A DNA stretch of 64,000 bases from Picochlorum sp. SENEW3 (Eukaryota): positions 124,001 to 188,000 of the forward strand of contig CP120455.1 of assembly GCA_034226945.1 (NCBI GenBank), in the 5' to 3' direction. The translations under genes and the position numbers were made by a program. The notes beneath the pieces are model-generated. The model saw only the letters and a program-made list of their open reading frames with translations. It was not told the origin of the DNA and searched no databases. Positions 13,601 to 25,388 of this stretch are shown here, one piece after another. The number at the start of each line of letters is the position of its first letter. Position 1 is the stretch's first letter.

Positions 13601-14900
13601 AATGTTCAAATGGAAGCTTAGACGAGTGCATTGGTCTGAATCAACAACATCTGAATCTTGTCCTGAAAATACTCTGGCGTTGGATCCAGCGGAATATTCT
13701 GAGGAGGAAAAGCTTGCCATCGAAAAGCAGCACGCTGATGCGTCTCCTGATGCTGGCTGGATCAGGCTTGCAGCAGCAAAAGCCCTTTTTAGACTCTTCA
13801 GAGTTTATGACGGAATGCTTAGTGGTAATGATTATCTCACATTAGGTCTGGCTTGTCAAGACTCGATTGTAGAGGTTAGGCAGGCGCTGCTGAAAAAGAT
13901 TGAGTCAACGGTGGACTATTTCCAGCACCATGGTTCAACATCTGGCAGGGGTGCTCGACAGAGGTGTGCAAAAATGACTGCACTATATGCGCTCTATGGA
14001 GCAGATCCATACGAGCCAAATGTCAAAGCAGCATTCACGCAGCTGCGGAAATATGTGGTGAAGAGACGAGCAATCCTGCAAAAGATATCGCTCAAGAGAG
14101 CCACCTCTGGTGACTCTGGGACAATGGTGGATGAAATGCCCGAGTTTTCACTCATCTTTCTCGTATACTTTATGGCACACCACCCCGACTATGATGCTGA
14201 GGCTATGACACAAATAACCGCTGGAGATGAGCTCATGGCCCTGTTCAAGGACTCTCTACAAATGTTTCTTGAAGCATTGGTGATACCACAATCATCCCGG
14301 CAGAAAGACAAGGAGTCTCTGACGGCAGAGCTCAAGAACAACGCTGGTGTTGCATTGAAGATTCTACGCCAGCTCAAATTCTGCAATATCCTTGATGTAG
14401 CGAATGAAGACATCGACGCCGAAGCCAGCCTGAATGCGCGCCAAATTTGTGATATTGGGCTATCCCTCACCAAGGGACTTCTTCATGAAGTCAGTCCGAT
14501 ACCAGGAGCGACGCCTTCGAAATTTTCAGGACCTCTCTCCCTACCAAAAAAATACTTCAGCCCAAGAAAACTGACTGCGGAAGACAAGAGGATTGATGGA
14601 TCTGATTTGCCCCCACAACTGAAAATGCCCAAGTTGAGGGACTTGTTCTCAGACGCCTGTGGTTTTAGGATGAGATTCAAGGGGCAAAAAGCTAGAAAGA
14701 AACGCGTCGCCAAGGAAGAAATCGTAGAACAAACAAAAAAGAGAAAACAGGAAGCGAACAACACCCTGGCAGACAAGGAGAAGGAGAAAGAGAAGCCCAA
14801 AGATCCCGATCCAGAGGCACCCTTGAAACTGTATCAAAAACCAAAAGACTCACTTGATGACTTCTTCTCTTCAGATGAAGACGCTGATATGAGTTCATAA
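10647..14900 (+). CDS. PDS5: Sister chromatid cohesion protein PDS5 (introns ~12763-12830 and 13312-13381)
   Basis: LKHRDREMKLYVSVC..LRLHAPDTPF, RLQDPDEKVR and RLWDKKISVR HEAT-repeat motifs; PEFSL..LAHHPDY-like block. Confidence 0.88.
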
Positions 14901-14933
14901 AAGTAGTAATGCCATGTAAATCTATCCATTTAA

Positions 14934-16187
14934 ATGGAAGATGACGCGACTGAGCGTTTACGACAGTGGTGTGTTGAACAAGGGGGCAGCGTCCACAGAG
15001 ACATTTGCGTCACCAGACTATCTTCGGCTGCATACAGAGGCATTGTGGCTGTAAGGGATATAAAAAGCAGCGATATACTTGTTTCTATCCCTGCCTCCAT
15101 CCTTATTGGCAAAGAATCAGCATTGCGCGATGCAGAAGTAGCAGCTCTCACAGGGCATGCGGCATGTGTGACCGATGCCCAACTTGTGGCCATCCATTTG
15201 CTACGAGAATGCTCGAAAGGATCCCGATCATTCTGGTATCCTTATATAAAGACGCTACCACGGTCCTACACGACAGCCTGCAGCCTCACTGATGATGAAA
15301 TATCCCAGTTGCAAGTTCCAGTTGCTCAAAGAGCCATATTTTCAGCCAAGGAGGAGGCCGTCTCCTCCTACAACTTGGGGTATGCGATCCTCAGTAAGAT
15401 AAAGGGTATGGATAAGAAATTCAGGACCCTGAAGGCATGGACTTGGGCGCTTTCGACCTTGAGTTCAAGGACAATGTACATGGAAGGAGATACAGTTGGG
15501 GTCCTCACACCATATGGTGATCTACACAATTATGGATGCCCTCCTCCTCCATTCACGTTAAACATCGGTGATTTGAAAAATAGGGAACCATCAGAAGACT
15601 ATGCATTGCACGGCGACGGCTATTTTGATGCAAGTAAGAGCATGTACTACCTTTGTACAAGGAGTGCGCTTAGGCAAGGACAAGAAGTTCTCTTGTGCTA
15701 TGGCAGGCACACGAATTTACATCTACTTGAGTACTATGGGTTCTGCTTGGAGGAGAATCCACACGATACGGCACCACTACCGATCGACTATTTCTGTGAC
15801 ACTGTCCAGCAGCAGCTCTCCTGCCTGGGGTTGGCTGATACTGATGTGTACATTGCCTATAATGGGAATCCATCGTTCGAACTGATGCGAGCTCTTCGAC
15901 TAGCATCTCTCAACTCTTTAGAAAGGAAGAAATATGCTTTCAAAGTGCTGAACGACGAGGCAGTGGACGGTGTCAGTGAGAAGAAAGCATATCAATTCTT
16001 GGAACAAGCCCTTCGTTGTGTTTTGGACCAGTCCACCATGACACGCATTGAACATGACATGCAGCTCCTGGAGAATCCTCATGTCACTGAGGGACTGCGT
16101 GTTGTCATCCAATACAGACTCGGCTATAAAAGAATCCTCTGGAAGTGCCTTGACCTCTTGCATGCCTGCATTGCAGATTCAGAATGA
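14934..16187 (+). CDS. SET-domain protein lysine methyltransferase (SETD4/SDG40, Rubisco LSMT-like)
   Basis: RGIVA, SFWYPYIKTLP, WALSTLSSR, PYGDLHNY, EVLLCYG..NLHLLEYYGF. Confidence 0.85.
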   Translation: MEDDATERLRQWCVEQGGSVHRDICVTRLSSAAYRGIVAVRDIKSSDILVSIPASILIGKESALRDAEVAALTGHAACVTDAQLVAIHLLRECSKGSRSFWYPYIKTLPRSYTTACSLTDDEISQLQVPVAQRAIFSAKEEAVSSYNLGYAILSKIKGMDKKFRTLKAWTWALSTLSSRTMYMEGDTVGVLTPYGDLHNYGCPPPPFTLNIGDLKNREPSEDYALHGDGYFDASKSMYYLCTRSALRQGQEVLLCYGRHTNLHLLEYYGFCLEENPHDTAPLPIDYFCDTVQQQLSCLGLADTDVYIAYNGNPSFELMRALRLASLNSLERKKYAFKVLNDEAVDGVSEKKAYQFLEQALRCVLDQSTMTRIEHDMQLLENPHVTEGLRVVIQYRLGYKRILWKCLDLLHACIADSE

Positions 16188-16269
16188 AGGCATGAGTGGA
16201 CCAATATCCGTCCATCCTGCACGCATCCTGATGTATAATTGTATATTTAAATTGTAAAAGAGTACCATC

Positions 16270-18159
16270 ATGGGATCAAGTTCTCCTGTGAAGGCGCTCT
16301 TTGTCGGAGATGTCAATGGAAACTTTAATGCTTTATTTACGCGGGTTGCAAAAGTGCATGCATCGCATGGTCCATTTGACGTCCTCTTTTGTGTTGGAAG
16401 ATTTTTTGAGCCATCTTTAGAGGGGGCTGATGACGCCGAGTATGCCGGTCAGTTGGAGGCCTACTTGGAAGGGAGCAAGGTAGCTCCTGTTCCCACCTAC
16501 TTCATCGGTGGTTTTGGTCACGGGAGTCGATATATGATTGACAAGCTATCTCAGAACCCATCATGTGCGATTCACTACTTGGGAAGAGGAGGGTTAGCGA
16601 CGATCAAAGGCCTGCAGGTTGCTTTTCTTGATGGTCTGTACAATGCAGCAGCATTTGGGGCTGATGAGGATAGTCACATGTATTATTCAAAGGCAGCGGT
16701 AGAGAAAGTGAAGAAAGCAATCATGGGGATGGAGGGCGATTTGGATGTGTTGTTGACGAATGATTGGCCGGAGGGTGTCACGAGAGGAGTTGGAGGAGCA
16801 GGCAAGGATGTCATTTCCTCTCACCTGTCAGGTCCTGTGGCTGATTTGGCGCTGCTTGCACGCCCTCGGTACCACGTTGCGGGGACCAACACAAAAAATT
16901 TCGCTAGAGTTCCTTATATAAACGAGGATAAAGGGACGGGAAGGCATATCACTCGATTTTTAGGCATGGGACATGTGGGCAATGCTGAGAAGCAAAAATG
17001 GATTCAAGCATTAGGACTGGTTCCTTGTGAACAGATGGAGCCTGATCAGTTTAAAGCGATCCCACCAGAGTCTACAAAATGTCCCTATTCAGGGTTTCAT
17101 GGGAGGAAGAGAGATGCAGATGAGAGATCCTCCCAAGGAGAGCAGCCATGGAGATGGCAAGATGCTACAAAGAAGCAGAAATTGCCCGTGGCTGCTCCTT
17201 CCCTGGGTCGCCAAGATGTTGTGAAGGATAGATCAAAGACAATATTTGTGAGGAATGTTCCTTTTGCAGCTACAGAAGAGGAATTAATAACATACTTTTC
17301 AACTGCAGGCAAGGTTGTTGATGTTGTTAGAAAAGCCAACACTGATGGGAAACTGAATACGTACTGTCATATACAATTTTCAACGAAAGAGGAAATGGAT
17401 AAAGCATGTCAATTAAATGAACAAGAATTGATGGGAAGGCAACTCTTTATTGAGCCTGCAGCTTTGCAGAAGAGGAAACGGGATGCCGCTCCAGTGGAAG
17501 GGTGCTGGTTCTGTCTGTCAAATCCGAATGCGGATGTAAATCTGGTCTGCAGCATTGGTCAAGAACTATATGTTGCATTAGATAAAGGAGCTATAACAAA
17601 ATCGCATGTTTTACTGGTTCCAGTAGAGCATCATGCATGTTCGTTGGACCTTCCCACGTCAGCCATGGATGAGATGGCACGGTATCTATCGGCACTCTCT
17701 AGTTTTTTCGCATCGCAGGGCAAGGCAATGGTCGGATTCGAACGTTTTATGAGGCTTAGGAAAAGCGGCGGAAACCATTGCCACATAAATATAGTCGGTT
17801 TGCCCCTCAAGGATGCAGACGATGCACGACAGGCATTTGTGGATGCAGGCAGAAAGCTAGGACACACATTTACACCAATTGGAAAAGCCGATATGCAGAC
17901 AACTGTCGATACAATGAAAGATATAGTTGGTGAAGGAGAGTACTTTTGCGCCATCTTGCCAGATGGGTCAAGACTGATCCACCCAATTGCATATGGAGAG
18001 AGACATCCTTTGAGTTTTGGCAGAGAAGTCCTCGCATCTCTGGCAAAGGTGCCAGGGCGCGCTGACTGGAAGCTCTGTAAAGTATCAGAACAAGAGGAAG
18101 TAGAAAATACGGAAGAATTCAAAACAAATTTCAAACCATATGATATAATGTTTGAATAG
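16270..18159 (+). CDS. CWF19L1: CWF19-like 1 (inactive metallophosphoesterase + RRM + CwfJ C-terminal domains)
   Basis: VGDVNG..GPFDVLFCVG, DVLLTNDWP, RPRYH, an RRM (IFVRNVP) and CWFCLSNP. Confidence 0.9.
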   Translation: MGSSSPVKALFVGDVNGNFNALFTRVAKVHASHGPFDVLFCVGRFFEPSLEGADDAEYAGQLEAYLEGSKVAPVPTYFIGGFGHGSRYMIDKLSQNPSCAIHYLGRGGLATIKGLQVAFLDGLYNAAAFGADEDSHMYYSKAAVEKVKKAIMGMEGDLDVLLTNDWPEGVTRGVGGAGKDVISSHLSGPVADLALLARPRYHVAGTNTKNFARVPYINEDKGTGRHITRFLGMGHVGNAEKQKWIQALGLVPCEQMEPDQFKAIPPESTKCPYSGFHGRKRDADERSSQGEQPWRWQDATKKQKLPVAAPSLGRQDVVKDRSKTIFVRNVPFAATEEELITYFSTAGKVVDVVRKANTDGKLNTYCHIQFSTKEEMDKACQLNEQELMGRQLFIEPAALQKRKRDAAPVEGCWFCLSNPNADVNLVCSIGQELYVALDKGAITKSHVLLVPVEHHACSLDLPTSAMDEMARYLSALSSFFASQGKAMVGFERFMRLRKSGGNHCHINIVGLPLKDADDARQAFVDAGRKLGHTFTPIGKADMQTTVDTMKDIVGEGEYFCAILPDGSRLIHPIAYGERHPLSFGREVLASLAKVPGRADWKLCKVSEQEEVENTEEFKTNFKPYDIMFE

Positions 18160-18367
18160 GCAAAAGAAACTGTTTCGTGATGTATTACTCACATTACATG
18201 TAAACAGTAGTAGCAGATACTATACCATGTGAAAAAAATTGAAAAAAAACCCTCCACACCTTTTGTGACAACAGGATCCTTATTCTGGACAGCATCTGCA
18301 CTGAATCCCATGCAAAACAACGGACCCCCTCCATAAAAAAATAAACTGTTACTTCCGAAAGATTCTT

Positions 18368-19300
18368 TTATTTTTTAGAAAACTTATCGAACTTTGCGGT
18401 TAAGACTCTACCTTCCACCACGCGCCCATGCAAATTAGAAATGACACTTTGAGCATCCTCTGGACTTGACAGCACCACGACCCCATACCCCTTTGACAAG
18501 CCAGTCACAGTAGTCACAATATCAGCCCTTATGACTGGACCTCGTGCGAATTCCCTCACCATATCTTTCAGATCCTGCCAAGCCATCTTATATGGAAGGC
18601 CATGGATCACAACCTGATTACTCTCTGCACCTTGCTGCTGATATCCATCATCAAGCCTCTGACTTCTTGGAGCCACCGTATACGCCTCCTCTCTATCCTC
18701 CCGAACAACAATGGCGTTGCCCCGCAGCATCGAATTGGAAAGCATAGAAATGGCTCGAAGAGCCTCGGATGGCGAGGCGAATTCCACGATGCCACATCCT
18801 TTGGATGTCCCATCCTCATGCTCCAACACATCAGCATGCACAACATTCCCAGCCCCCCTGAAATGATCTTTCAAATCCTTCCACGTCACATCTCCCGCCA
18901 GATTTCCCACCCAGACCTTTTTTCCAAGAACAACGCCCGCAGTTGGCCGCCCAGCCAGAACCTGATCCACTTCTCCATACGCCTTCCTCCCAGAGGGGCC
19001 TTCATGACCCTTGAGCTCAAAGTCCTCCCTGTCTTCTCGAACAAATACTTGCCTCCCATCTAGCATACTATGATTCAATGTCTCAATCGAAATTTTGGCA
19101 GATTCAGCATTCTCAAACTCCACAATCCCACATCCCTTACTCCGCATGCCTCCATCACGAAGCACATCGGCAAACCGAACCTCCCCCACTGCTGAAAAAT
19201 GATCCTTCAGATCCTGCCAAGTGGTTTTCCACGCCAAATTACCCACATAAACCCTTCGAGCAACTTTAATAGACTCGTCTTCTTGATGCTGGTCACTCAT
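18368..19300 (-). CDS. Three-RRM RNA/G-strand-binding protein (GBP1/Gbp2/hnRNP M-like)
   Basis: Three RRMs with VGNL..WQDLKD and SKGCGIVEF/SKGYGVV; first ATG at 19300. Confidence 0.85.
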   Translation of the reverse strand: MSDQHQEDESIKVARRVYVGNLAWKTTWQDLKDHFSAVGEVRFADVLRDGGMRSKGCGIVEFENAESAKISIETLNHSMLDGRQVFVREDREDFELKGHEGPSGRKAYGEVDQVLAGRPTAGVVLGKKVWVGNLAGDVTWKDLKDHFRGAGNVVHADVLEHEDGTSKGCGIVEFASPSEALRAISMLSNSMLRGNAIVVREDREEAYTVAPRSQRLDDGYQQQGAESNQVVIHGLPYKMAWQDLKDMVREFARGPVIRADIVTTVTGLSKGYGVVVLSSPEDAQSVISNLHGRVVEGRVLTAKFDKFSKK

Positions 19301-19923
19301 GATGTGTATTTTCGCTGTTGTCCTTGTCAGACAACACCTCACCACAGTGGACAGTCACCTCACCAGATCTCCTGATTCTATATCCTATTTTATCGATTCT
19401 AAAATTAATTTCACTATCACTACTATCCCTCTCTCTAGCATACCTCCTTGGCGCACCCAGCAACGCCCTTGCATAATTGTCCATCAACATTTCCGAAACT
19501 TTCGTCGACACATTCCCCGTCATTAAATCCCTGATTCTTCTCCCAAATAAATATGTTCATATATCAAAAAATACCATGGTGATTTCAAATAATTATAATA
19601 TTCAGGAATGATTGATAGCGACAAGACGAGGGTAATCGCATGCCACAGTCCCACAACTGACACTGCACACGAACACGCCTCGAAATTTATCACCAAATGT
19701 TTGCAACTATTCAATCTGAATAAAATATGAGTGTGAAGGAGTCATCCGTGTAGACCTATCCGTCACATTTGCCGGATTCCCATCCGGGGATATGGGAATC
19801 AGGAAATCGTGATCTTCTGGTAAGGGCGCCTTTTTTCCGCAACCGCATCGGTCGACCACCATGCGCCTGGAACCTACACGTGCACCGTCGCCCTTGTCGC
19901 GCTCAAAATGGACATATAGATGG

Positions 19924-21294
19924 TCATAGGGATGACAGCAGGACGTGATGTGGGTCCCATGCCTCTCGCAGTCGTTTTATGCGTGGCAAATTCTCTCCAA
20001 ATGCGAGTTTCAATTCTCTCTGGTAGATGTCTGGCTGTTCGGGGTGTCGTTCTACAATGTAGAGGCCACACGCAAGGTGCTCCATGGACATGAAGCAGTC
20101 CTTGGCCCACTGCTGCGCGATTTCTCCGGCGCGTGTATCCGAGGGATCCCATATCGCAGTGATCACCATGGACCATTCAACCTGGCGTCCTGCAAAGGCT
20201 GTGGCGGATGGAGTGACGTTCGCCACGGCACCTCCACAGTGCTGCAGGGCAATGGTGCAGGACTCATTTGGCACATGTTTCAGAGCCCTATCAAGTAGGT
20301 CTGTAGATACTGCCAAGGTGTCTGAGGGAAACAGTAAAGAGTACACGCATGTTGATGGTCTTGAATGACGATCCTTTGGAGCTGCGGGCGCAGGTGGGAC
20401 TTGCCCATCTGAAAGGCATGGGAGCTCAAACAGTGGACATTGAGAGAGCCCTGGTGCTCTCGAGTGCCACGGGCCTGCCATGATTTTACTCGCATGTGTA
20501 GCTTCTATATGTTCAAGGGAAGCTTCTGCATCCTTTGTTGCTCCGACGGCGTACATCATAGCCACTGGGACCGATGAGCCAGATGGTGGAACTCCAAGCA
20601 CAAGAGAGCAGGAGCAGGCATGTGGTAACGTTTCCGACTCGGCGATTAGCAACCCGATGGATTCAAGAGAATACATCGCTCTCATAACATGCAAAGACTG
20701 TTGAAGGATGGGCCGCAAGGTAATTTCTGTGGCGATTGCCAGGAATGGAGCAGCGCCTCTGAGGAGTGCAAAGGCATCCCCTTTGGGGTGGTCTGCAGAG
20801 CATACAATCGACGCCCCATCGCTCACACGAACTGCGCGAATCTCCTCAATTGCATCGAGAGTTAGGCCACACGATCGTGTGAGATATCCTATCCCTCCCT
20901 GAAGGACGAGACCCATGCCTGGAGTGCCATACACTCCAACAGAGATGGTTGAGTCATGTTGGGCAAGACAGCGTAGCACATCTCCAACAATAGCTCCTCC
21001 CTGTGCCACCGCCACCCGATCTTTGCCATTCCACGTCACCGCATTCATATATCGAGATAGATCAAGCATCATGGCTCCAGGTGCTGAGCAATGACCGCTG
21101 TGGCCTCCTCCTCGCACACAGATTTTCATGCCTGTCGAGCTGGCCATCTTCAGGGCATGACGAATGTCGTCTTCGGTCCGCGGCTGAACAATCGCCCCGG
21201 GCTGAGACCCCGCCGCTCCACCGTGAAAAATCTTGGACAATATATCGTCATATTCCTCTGAATGTGGCAGAAAGATTCCCTCTTTCGTCGCCAT
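19924..21294 (-). CDS. FAD-linked oxidoreductase (VAO/berberine-bridge-enzyme-like), intronless
   Basis: VQPRTEDDI, RGGGHS, GGGIG-like QGGIGYLTRSCG, GGAVANV...TAF and a BBE-like C-terminus FGENLPRIKRLREAWDP. Confidence 0.88.
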   Translation of the reverse strand: MATKEGIFLPHSEEYDDILSKIFHGGAAGSQPGAIVQPRTEDDIRHALKMASSTGMKICVRGGGHSGHCSAPGAMMLDLSRYMNAVTWNGKDRVAVAQGGAIVGDVLRCLAQHDSTISVGVYGTPGMGLVLQGGIGYLTRSCGLTLDAIEEIRAVRVSDGASIVCSADHPKGDAFALLRGAAPFLAIATEITLRPILQQSLHVMRAMYSLESIGLLIAESETLPHACSCSLVLGVPPSGSSVPVAMMYAVGATKDAEASLEHIEATHASKIMAGPWHSRAPGLSQCPLFELPCLSDGQVPPAPAAPKDRHSRPSTCVYSLLFPSDTLAVSTDLLDRALKHVPNESCTIALQHCGGAVANVTPSATAFAGRQVEWSMVITAIWDPSDTRAGEIAQQWAKDCFMSMEHLACGLYIVERHPEQPDIYQRELKLAFGENLPRIKRLREAWDPHHVLLSSL

Positions 21295-21717
21295 TGACAC
21301 ATGTTTTTGTAACTTTCACAATCGACACGTCAGCACGACCCATCCTGGTCCAGTCCGGATGTCACAACTGCTGCTGGTCGCAGTGAGCCCTTTCAAAGGT
21401 GCCTGTTCATGGGACTGGATGGTCTATTCGAGCGGCAAAATATATATAGGGCTCAAAGCACCCATCAACGTGTCTCTTGGACCGATTACGATCTGCTACG
21501 TGACTACAAATAGCATGTATGGCGATATCATGGGGTATCTATTGGTCATAGCTACATATATCCTATTGTTTGTTTTTTTACATTGCTGATACGCATCAGC
21601 ATAGGCTGACGTGTTGATTTTTTTCTCTTGGTTGGTCAGCCTTGCGCAGACTGCTCGTGCGATCTCTTGTGCAAAGCTCCATTTGGTAGATTCACGTGCA
21701 TATAGTGTATAGAAATA

Positions 21718-24516
21718 ATGATTGCTACATGTCGTAATGCGCATCATAGGATTCATGCAAAGGGAGTGCTGCGAGTCTCTTGCTATTCCCAGAATGCCGT
21801 GGTTTGTCCACGTTTTAGACAAGGACGGATCCTTGATGCTCTACATACCACAGTATGTGGTAACAGATTGGGTTATTTGAGAGCGAACGGTGATGGGAGA
21901 CACGTATATTGCCGGAATAGTGCTAGTGGTGGTGGGTTGCTGCCTGCTGGAAGGAAGCAAGTTCGTATAGAGATTCCAGGCATTCTGCTAGAGGTGGAGT
22001 CCAAAGATATTCTTCAGGGCCAGGGGGTTATCGAAGATATTTTAGGATATCAGAATGTGACAGGCATTGTTGTAAGGGAAACTGCAGAGCTGGGAACTGG
22101 AGAACTTTATTCTGCAGTGCTGGCCCTCAAAGATGCCATAGGGAGCAAACGTATGGTGCTGGTACAGGATCGATCTGATGTGGCAGAAGCTGTGGGGGCT
22201 GATGGGGTCATGGTATCTGCGTCCGGTCTACCGATAGTAGTCGCCAAGAATGCCATGGGGAGTGGAGCCTTGGTGGGCAAGGTGGCTCAGAGTGGAGAGG
22301 ATGCAACCAAGGCTGCGTTTGAGGGTGCTGGATTGTTGGTGATGGAAGGTTCGAATGATATGTACAATCTTGTTGTGGAGGCAAGGAAGCAGACGAGTGG
22401 GTCTAGTGTCCCTGTGATGAGCAAATTGAACCAATCATTGATAGAAGATATAGATGTCAATCAGGCCAGTGCACTTCTCTCAGAGGTGGATGGCGTGGTT
22501 GTACGGTTGGAAGACTATCGTGCATGGAATACAATCTATGAAGAGCGAGGAGGCGTCGACTTTGGAACAATGCTCAAATCATGCCTCTCTGCAGAGGATA
22601 CAAGGCCACCCTCTGTAGAAGAAAGCAATGATAGTATGGGAAAGGTGGCCCAAGTTTCAGACGTGCTTAGTATTTCGAGAGAATCTATGGTTGCGGAACA
22701 GAAGGAGTTTCTCACCGGGTTGATTGATTTTCTAAGAGCAGAGTGTCCTTTGTTGGAGGAAGTGTCACTCTTGGAAGATTCTGTCAAGCAACTGGATGAA
22801 CTGTTCCTCGTCGTGATTGTTGGAGAATTTAACAGTGGAAAATCGGCTGTTGTGAATGCCATGCTTGGGGGTGAGATTGTTCCGGAAGGCATCCTTCCAA
22901 CAACGAATGAGATTACCGTCATAAAATGGGCTGATGTTCGGAATGGAGAGGAGGAGCGGGTTGAGCAACAGTCAGACGGTCTCTTCGTGAGATACACTGG
23001 GGCAGACTTGCTCAAAGAAATAAACATTGTAGATACACCAGGAACGAATGTTATCCTGGAGCGACAGCAACGGCTGACAGAGGAATTCATTCCCCGAGCA
23101 GATCTGGTTCTTTTTGTTCTGTCAGCTGATAGGCCGTTCACAGATAGCGAGGTACGATTTCTCAAGTACGTTAGAGAATGGGGGAAGAAGGTTGTTTTTG
23201 TAGTGAACAAAGTAGATTTACTCGCCAATAATGACGAGGTGAATGAAGTGGTGGAATTTGTGGAGAACAATGCCAAGAGGTTACTGAGCGTTCAGGGTGC
23301 CAAGGCTATTCCAGTATCAGCCAAGCGCGCCACAGAAGCAAAGATAGAATGTCGATACGCCATGGGAGACGAAGGATCTGGGGTGTTGACACCAGTTGAG
23401 CAGGAATATTTGTCTGGATCTCAGAAATGGAAATCATCCCGGTTTGAAAATCTTGAATCCCACGTACGAGATTTTCTCCTTGGCACAGGTGGAACTCCAG
23501 AAAGCATGCGGTTAAAACTACAGACTCCTTTATTTGTTGCTGAAGCTCTGATGGATGCCGCGCAGAAGCAATTGCAGTCTGAACTTGATGTACTGCGCCA
23601 AGATGCCGAATCAATCCAACTTGTTCAGAGTCAGCTGAATACCTTTCGGGACGACATGACGAAAGAAGCAAAACTTCAAAGGGCAGAAATTTCACAGCAA
23701 GTCGGCCGGATGATGGACATGATTGGTGGTGTCATTGATCAGGTGATGCAACTCTCCAATTGGCAGTCATTGCTCCCATACCTGGACAAAAACTCCACAA
23801 CATCTGCAGCCGTCCAGGTATTGTACACTCAAGACATCTCAACTGATGCTGTACAGCGAATCAATGCAATTGTTGATGAACACAGCTCTTGGCTAGACGT
23901 CAATTGCAAGCGCGTGGAGCAAAACTATAGAGATTTTGTCATGGAGAGAGCAGGTGCCTACAATGTCCCACCTCCCCGCATTGCATCATCATCTTCTCGT
24001 CGAGAATGGAGAGAAACCCAAGAGCAGCGTATTCAAGACTCGCAGTATCTAACAAAAGAAGAAGAAGAAGACTTCAATATTGATATGACGAGGTTTGGGA
24101 CAATGTTGGAAACAGAAATCCGAACTGCAGTTACCAGTTCTGTGAGCACTGCCGGGTCCGCAGCCGGCCTGGGCCTTGTCCTCACATATATTCTACCCAA
24201 CACTCTGGAAGACTTGCTCGCCGTAGGCCTCAGTGCAGCCGTGGGATACACATCATTACTCAACATTCCAGTGAGAAGAATGGAAGCAAAGAAGAAAATC
24301 TCAACAGACATTGACACACTCGTCCAAAAACTCTTCAAAGACATGGAGGCTGAACGCATGGAGGCTCTTGACCAATGTGAGTCTTCGGTCAAGGATATGG
24401 TCGCACCCCTAGAGACTGTCGTCACGGGAGATATCTCCCGTCTGGAGCGCAACATGCACACTCTCAACAGCGACTATGCATCCCAACTGGAACGCTTGAA
24501 ACAAAAAATCATTTGA
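21718..24516 (+). CDS. FZL: Chloroplast FZO-like dynamin-related GTPase
   Basis: Thiamine-phosphate-synthase-like N-domain (DRSDVAEAVGADGV), GEFNSGKS, PTTNEI, DTPGTN, NKVD and a C-terminal TM hairpin. Confidence 0.92.
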   Translation: MIATCRNAHHRIHAKGVLRVSCYSQNAVVCPRFRQGRILDALHTTVCGNRLGYLRANGDGRHVYCRNSASGGGLLPAGRKQVRIEIPGILLEVESKDILQGQGVIEDILGYQNVTGIVVRETAELGTGELYSAVLALKDAIGSKRMVLVQDRSDVAEAVGADGVMVSASGLPIVVAKNAMGSGALVGKVAQSGEDATKAAFEGAGLLVMEGSNDMYNLVVEARKQTSGSSVPVMSKLNQSLIEDIDVNQASALLSEVDGVVVRLEDYRAWNTIYEERGGVDFGTMLKSCLSAEDTRPPSVEESNDSMGKVAQVSDVLSISRESMVAEQKEFLTGLIDFLRAECPLLEEVSLLEDSVKQLDELFLVVIVGEFNSGKSAVVNAMLGGEIVPEGILPTTNEITVIKWADVRNGEEERVEQQSDGLFVRYTGADLLKEINIVDTPGTNVILERQQRLTEEFIPRADLVLFVLSADRPFTDSEVRFLKYVREWGKKVVFVVNKVDLLANNDEVNEVVEFVENNAKRLLSVQGAKAIPVSAKRATEAKIECRYAMGDEGSGVLTPVEQEYLSGSQKWKSSRFENLESHVRDFLLGTGGTPESMRLKLQTPLFVAEALMDAAQKQLQSELDVLRQDAESIQLVQSQLNTFRDDMTKEAKLQRAEISQQVGRMMDMIGGVIDQVMQLSNWQSLLPYLDKNSTTSAAVQVLYTQDISTDAVQRINAIVDEHSSWLDVNCKRVEQNYRDFVMERAGAYNVPPPRIASSSSRREWRETQEQRIQDSQYLTKEEEEDFNIDMTRFGTMLETEIRTAVTSSVSTAGSAAGLGLVLTYILPNTLEDLLAVGLSAAVGYTSLLNIPVRRMEAKKKISTDIDTLVQKLFKDMEAERMEALDQCESSVKDMVAPLETVVTGDISRLERNMHTLNSDYASQLERLKQKII

Positions 24517-24606
24517 TTACATCATGAACTAACGAACGAATCATTAAAATCCATGCTCGTATATAATTCTTTTCATGAAATCGAGAGAGAAAAAACACAC
24601 GTACAC

Positions 24607-25130
24607 TTAGGCATCTCCTGCAATCTTCTTCTTCAATGCCTCAATATCATCGAGAAGCTCCTCTCTGTTATCCTTGAACAAAAGATATCTGTAGGTGAAC
24701 CAGGCAGCATATCCCAATCCCACCAACTCGAAAACCTTTGGCAACAGTGGAAGAGAGTTGATGGCTCCCACCACAGTGTTGGCCAACCACACTCCAGAGA
24801 TGGCTCCAACAGTGTAGATCACAACAGCTGGCTTGTTCTCTACAGCCTCCCACTTCTCAGACAAATCGCTGATGATGGCATCGGTATCCAACTCGTTCTC
24901 CCCGGCAGAGGCCCTCACAGTCTGACGACGAAGCACAGCCTACAATAACCAAGCATACAACGTGATCAATGGATCCATCATCTTCAAAATCACATATATT
25001 TCCATGTAGTAGTACAAGGCAGATGTTGAATACGAACCATTGGCAGTCTGCTGCTGCCAGCAACTCGGTTGATCGAGGCCACAACAGGCACGGCTCTAGC
25101 CTGGGTAGAGACAGCTTTGCAGGCAATCAT
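24607..25130 (-). CDS. CURT1: Thylakoid curvature protein CURT1 (CAAD domain; exons 25130-25038, 24939-24607)
   Basis: KWEAVENK..AINSLPLLPKVFELVGLGYAAWFTYRYLLFKDNREEL; transit-peptide exon; intron ATG|gttcgt...ttgtag|GCT. Confidence 0.92.
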
Positions 25131-25388
25131 TGTCAATCCTTGGTATATAGGTATGTCAGTAAAAGCAAAAGTAATTGAATGAAAGAAATAGCCACCCCCG
25201 TGGATTCATGGGAATCTGATCGCCATCTTCAGATCTGAGGCAAAGACTTCATTGCTCTGATACATTCCCATCAAGCAACACCTTTGATGGGAATGTATAG
25301 TTTAGGAGTACTCTAGAAGCACACCACCTGTATGGAATTCCAGCCCCCATGAAGGATTGCATATGAATTCTGAATAGTAACTTTTACC

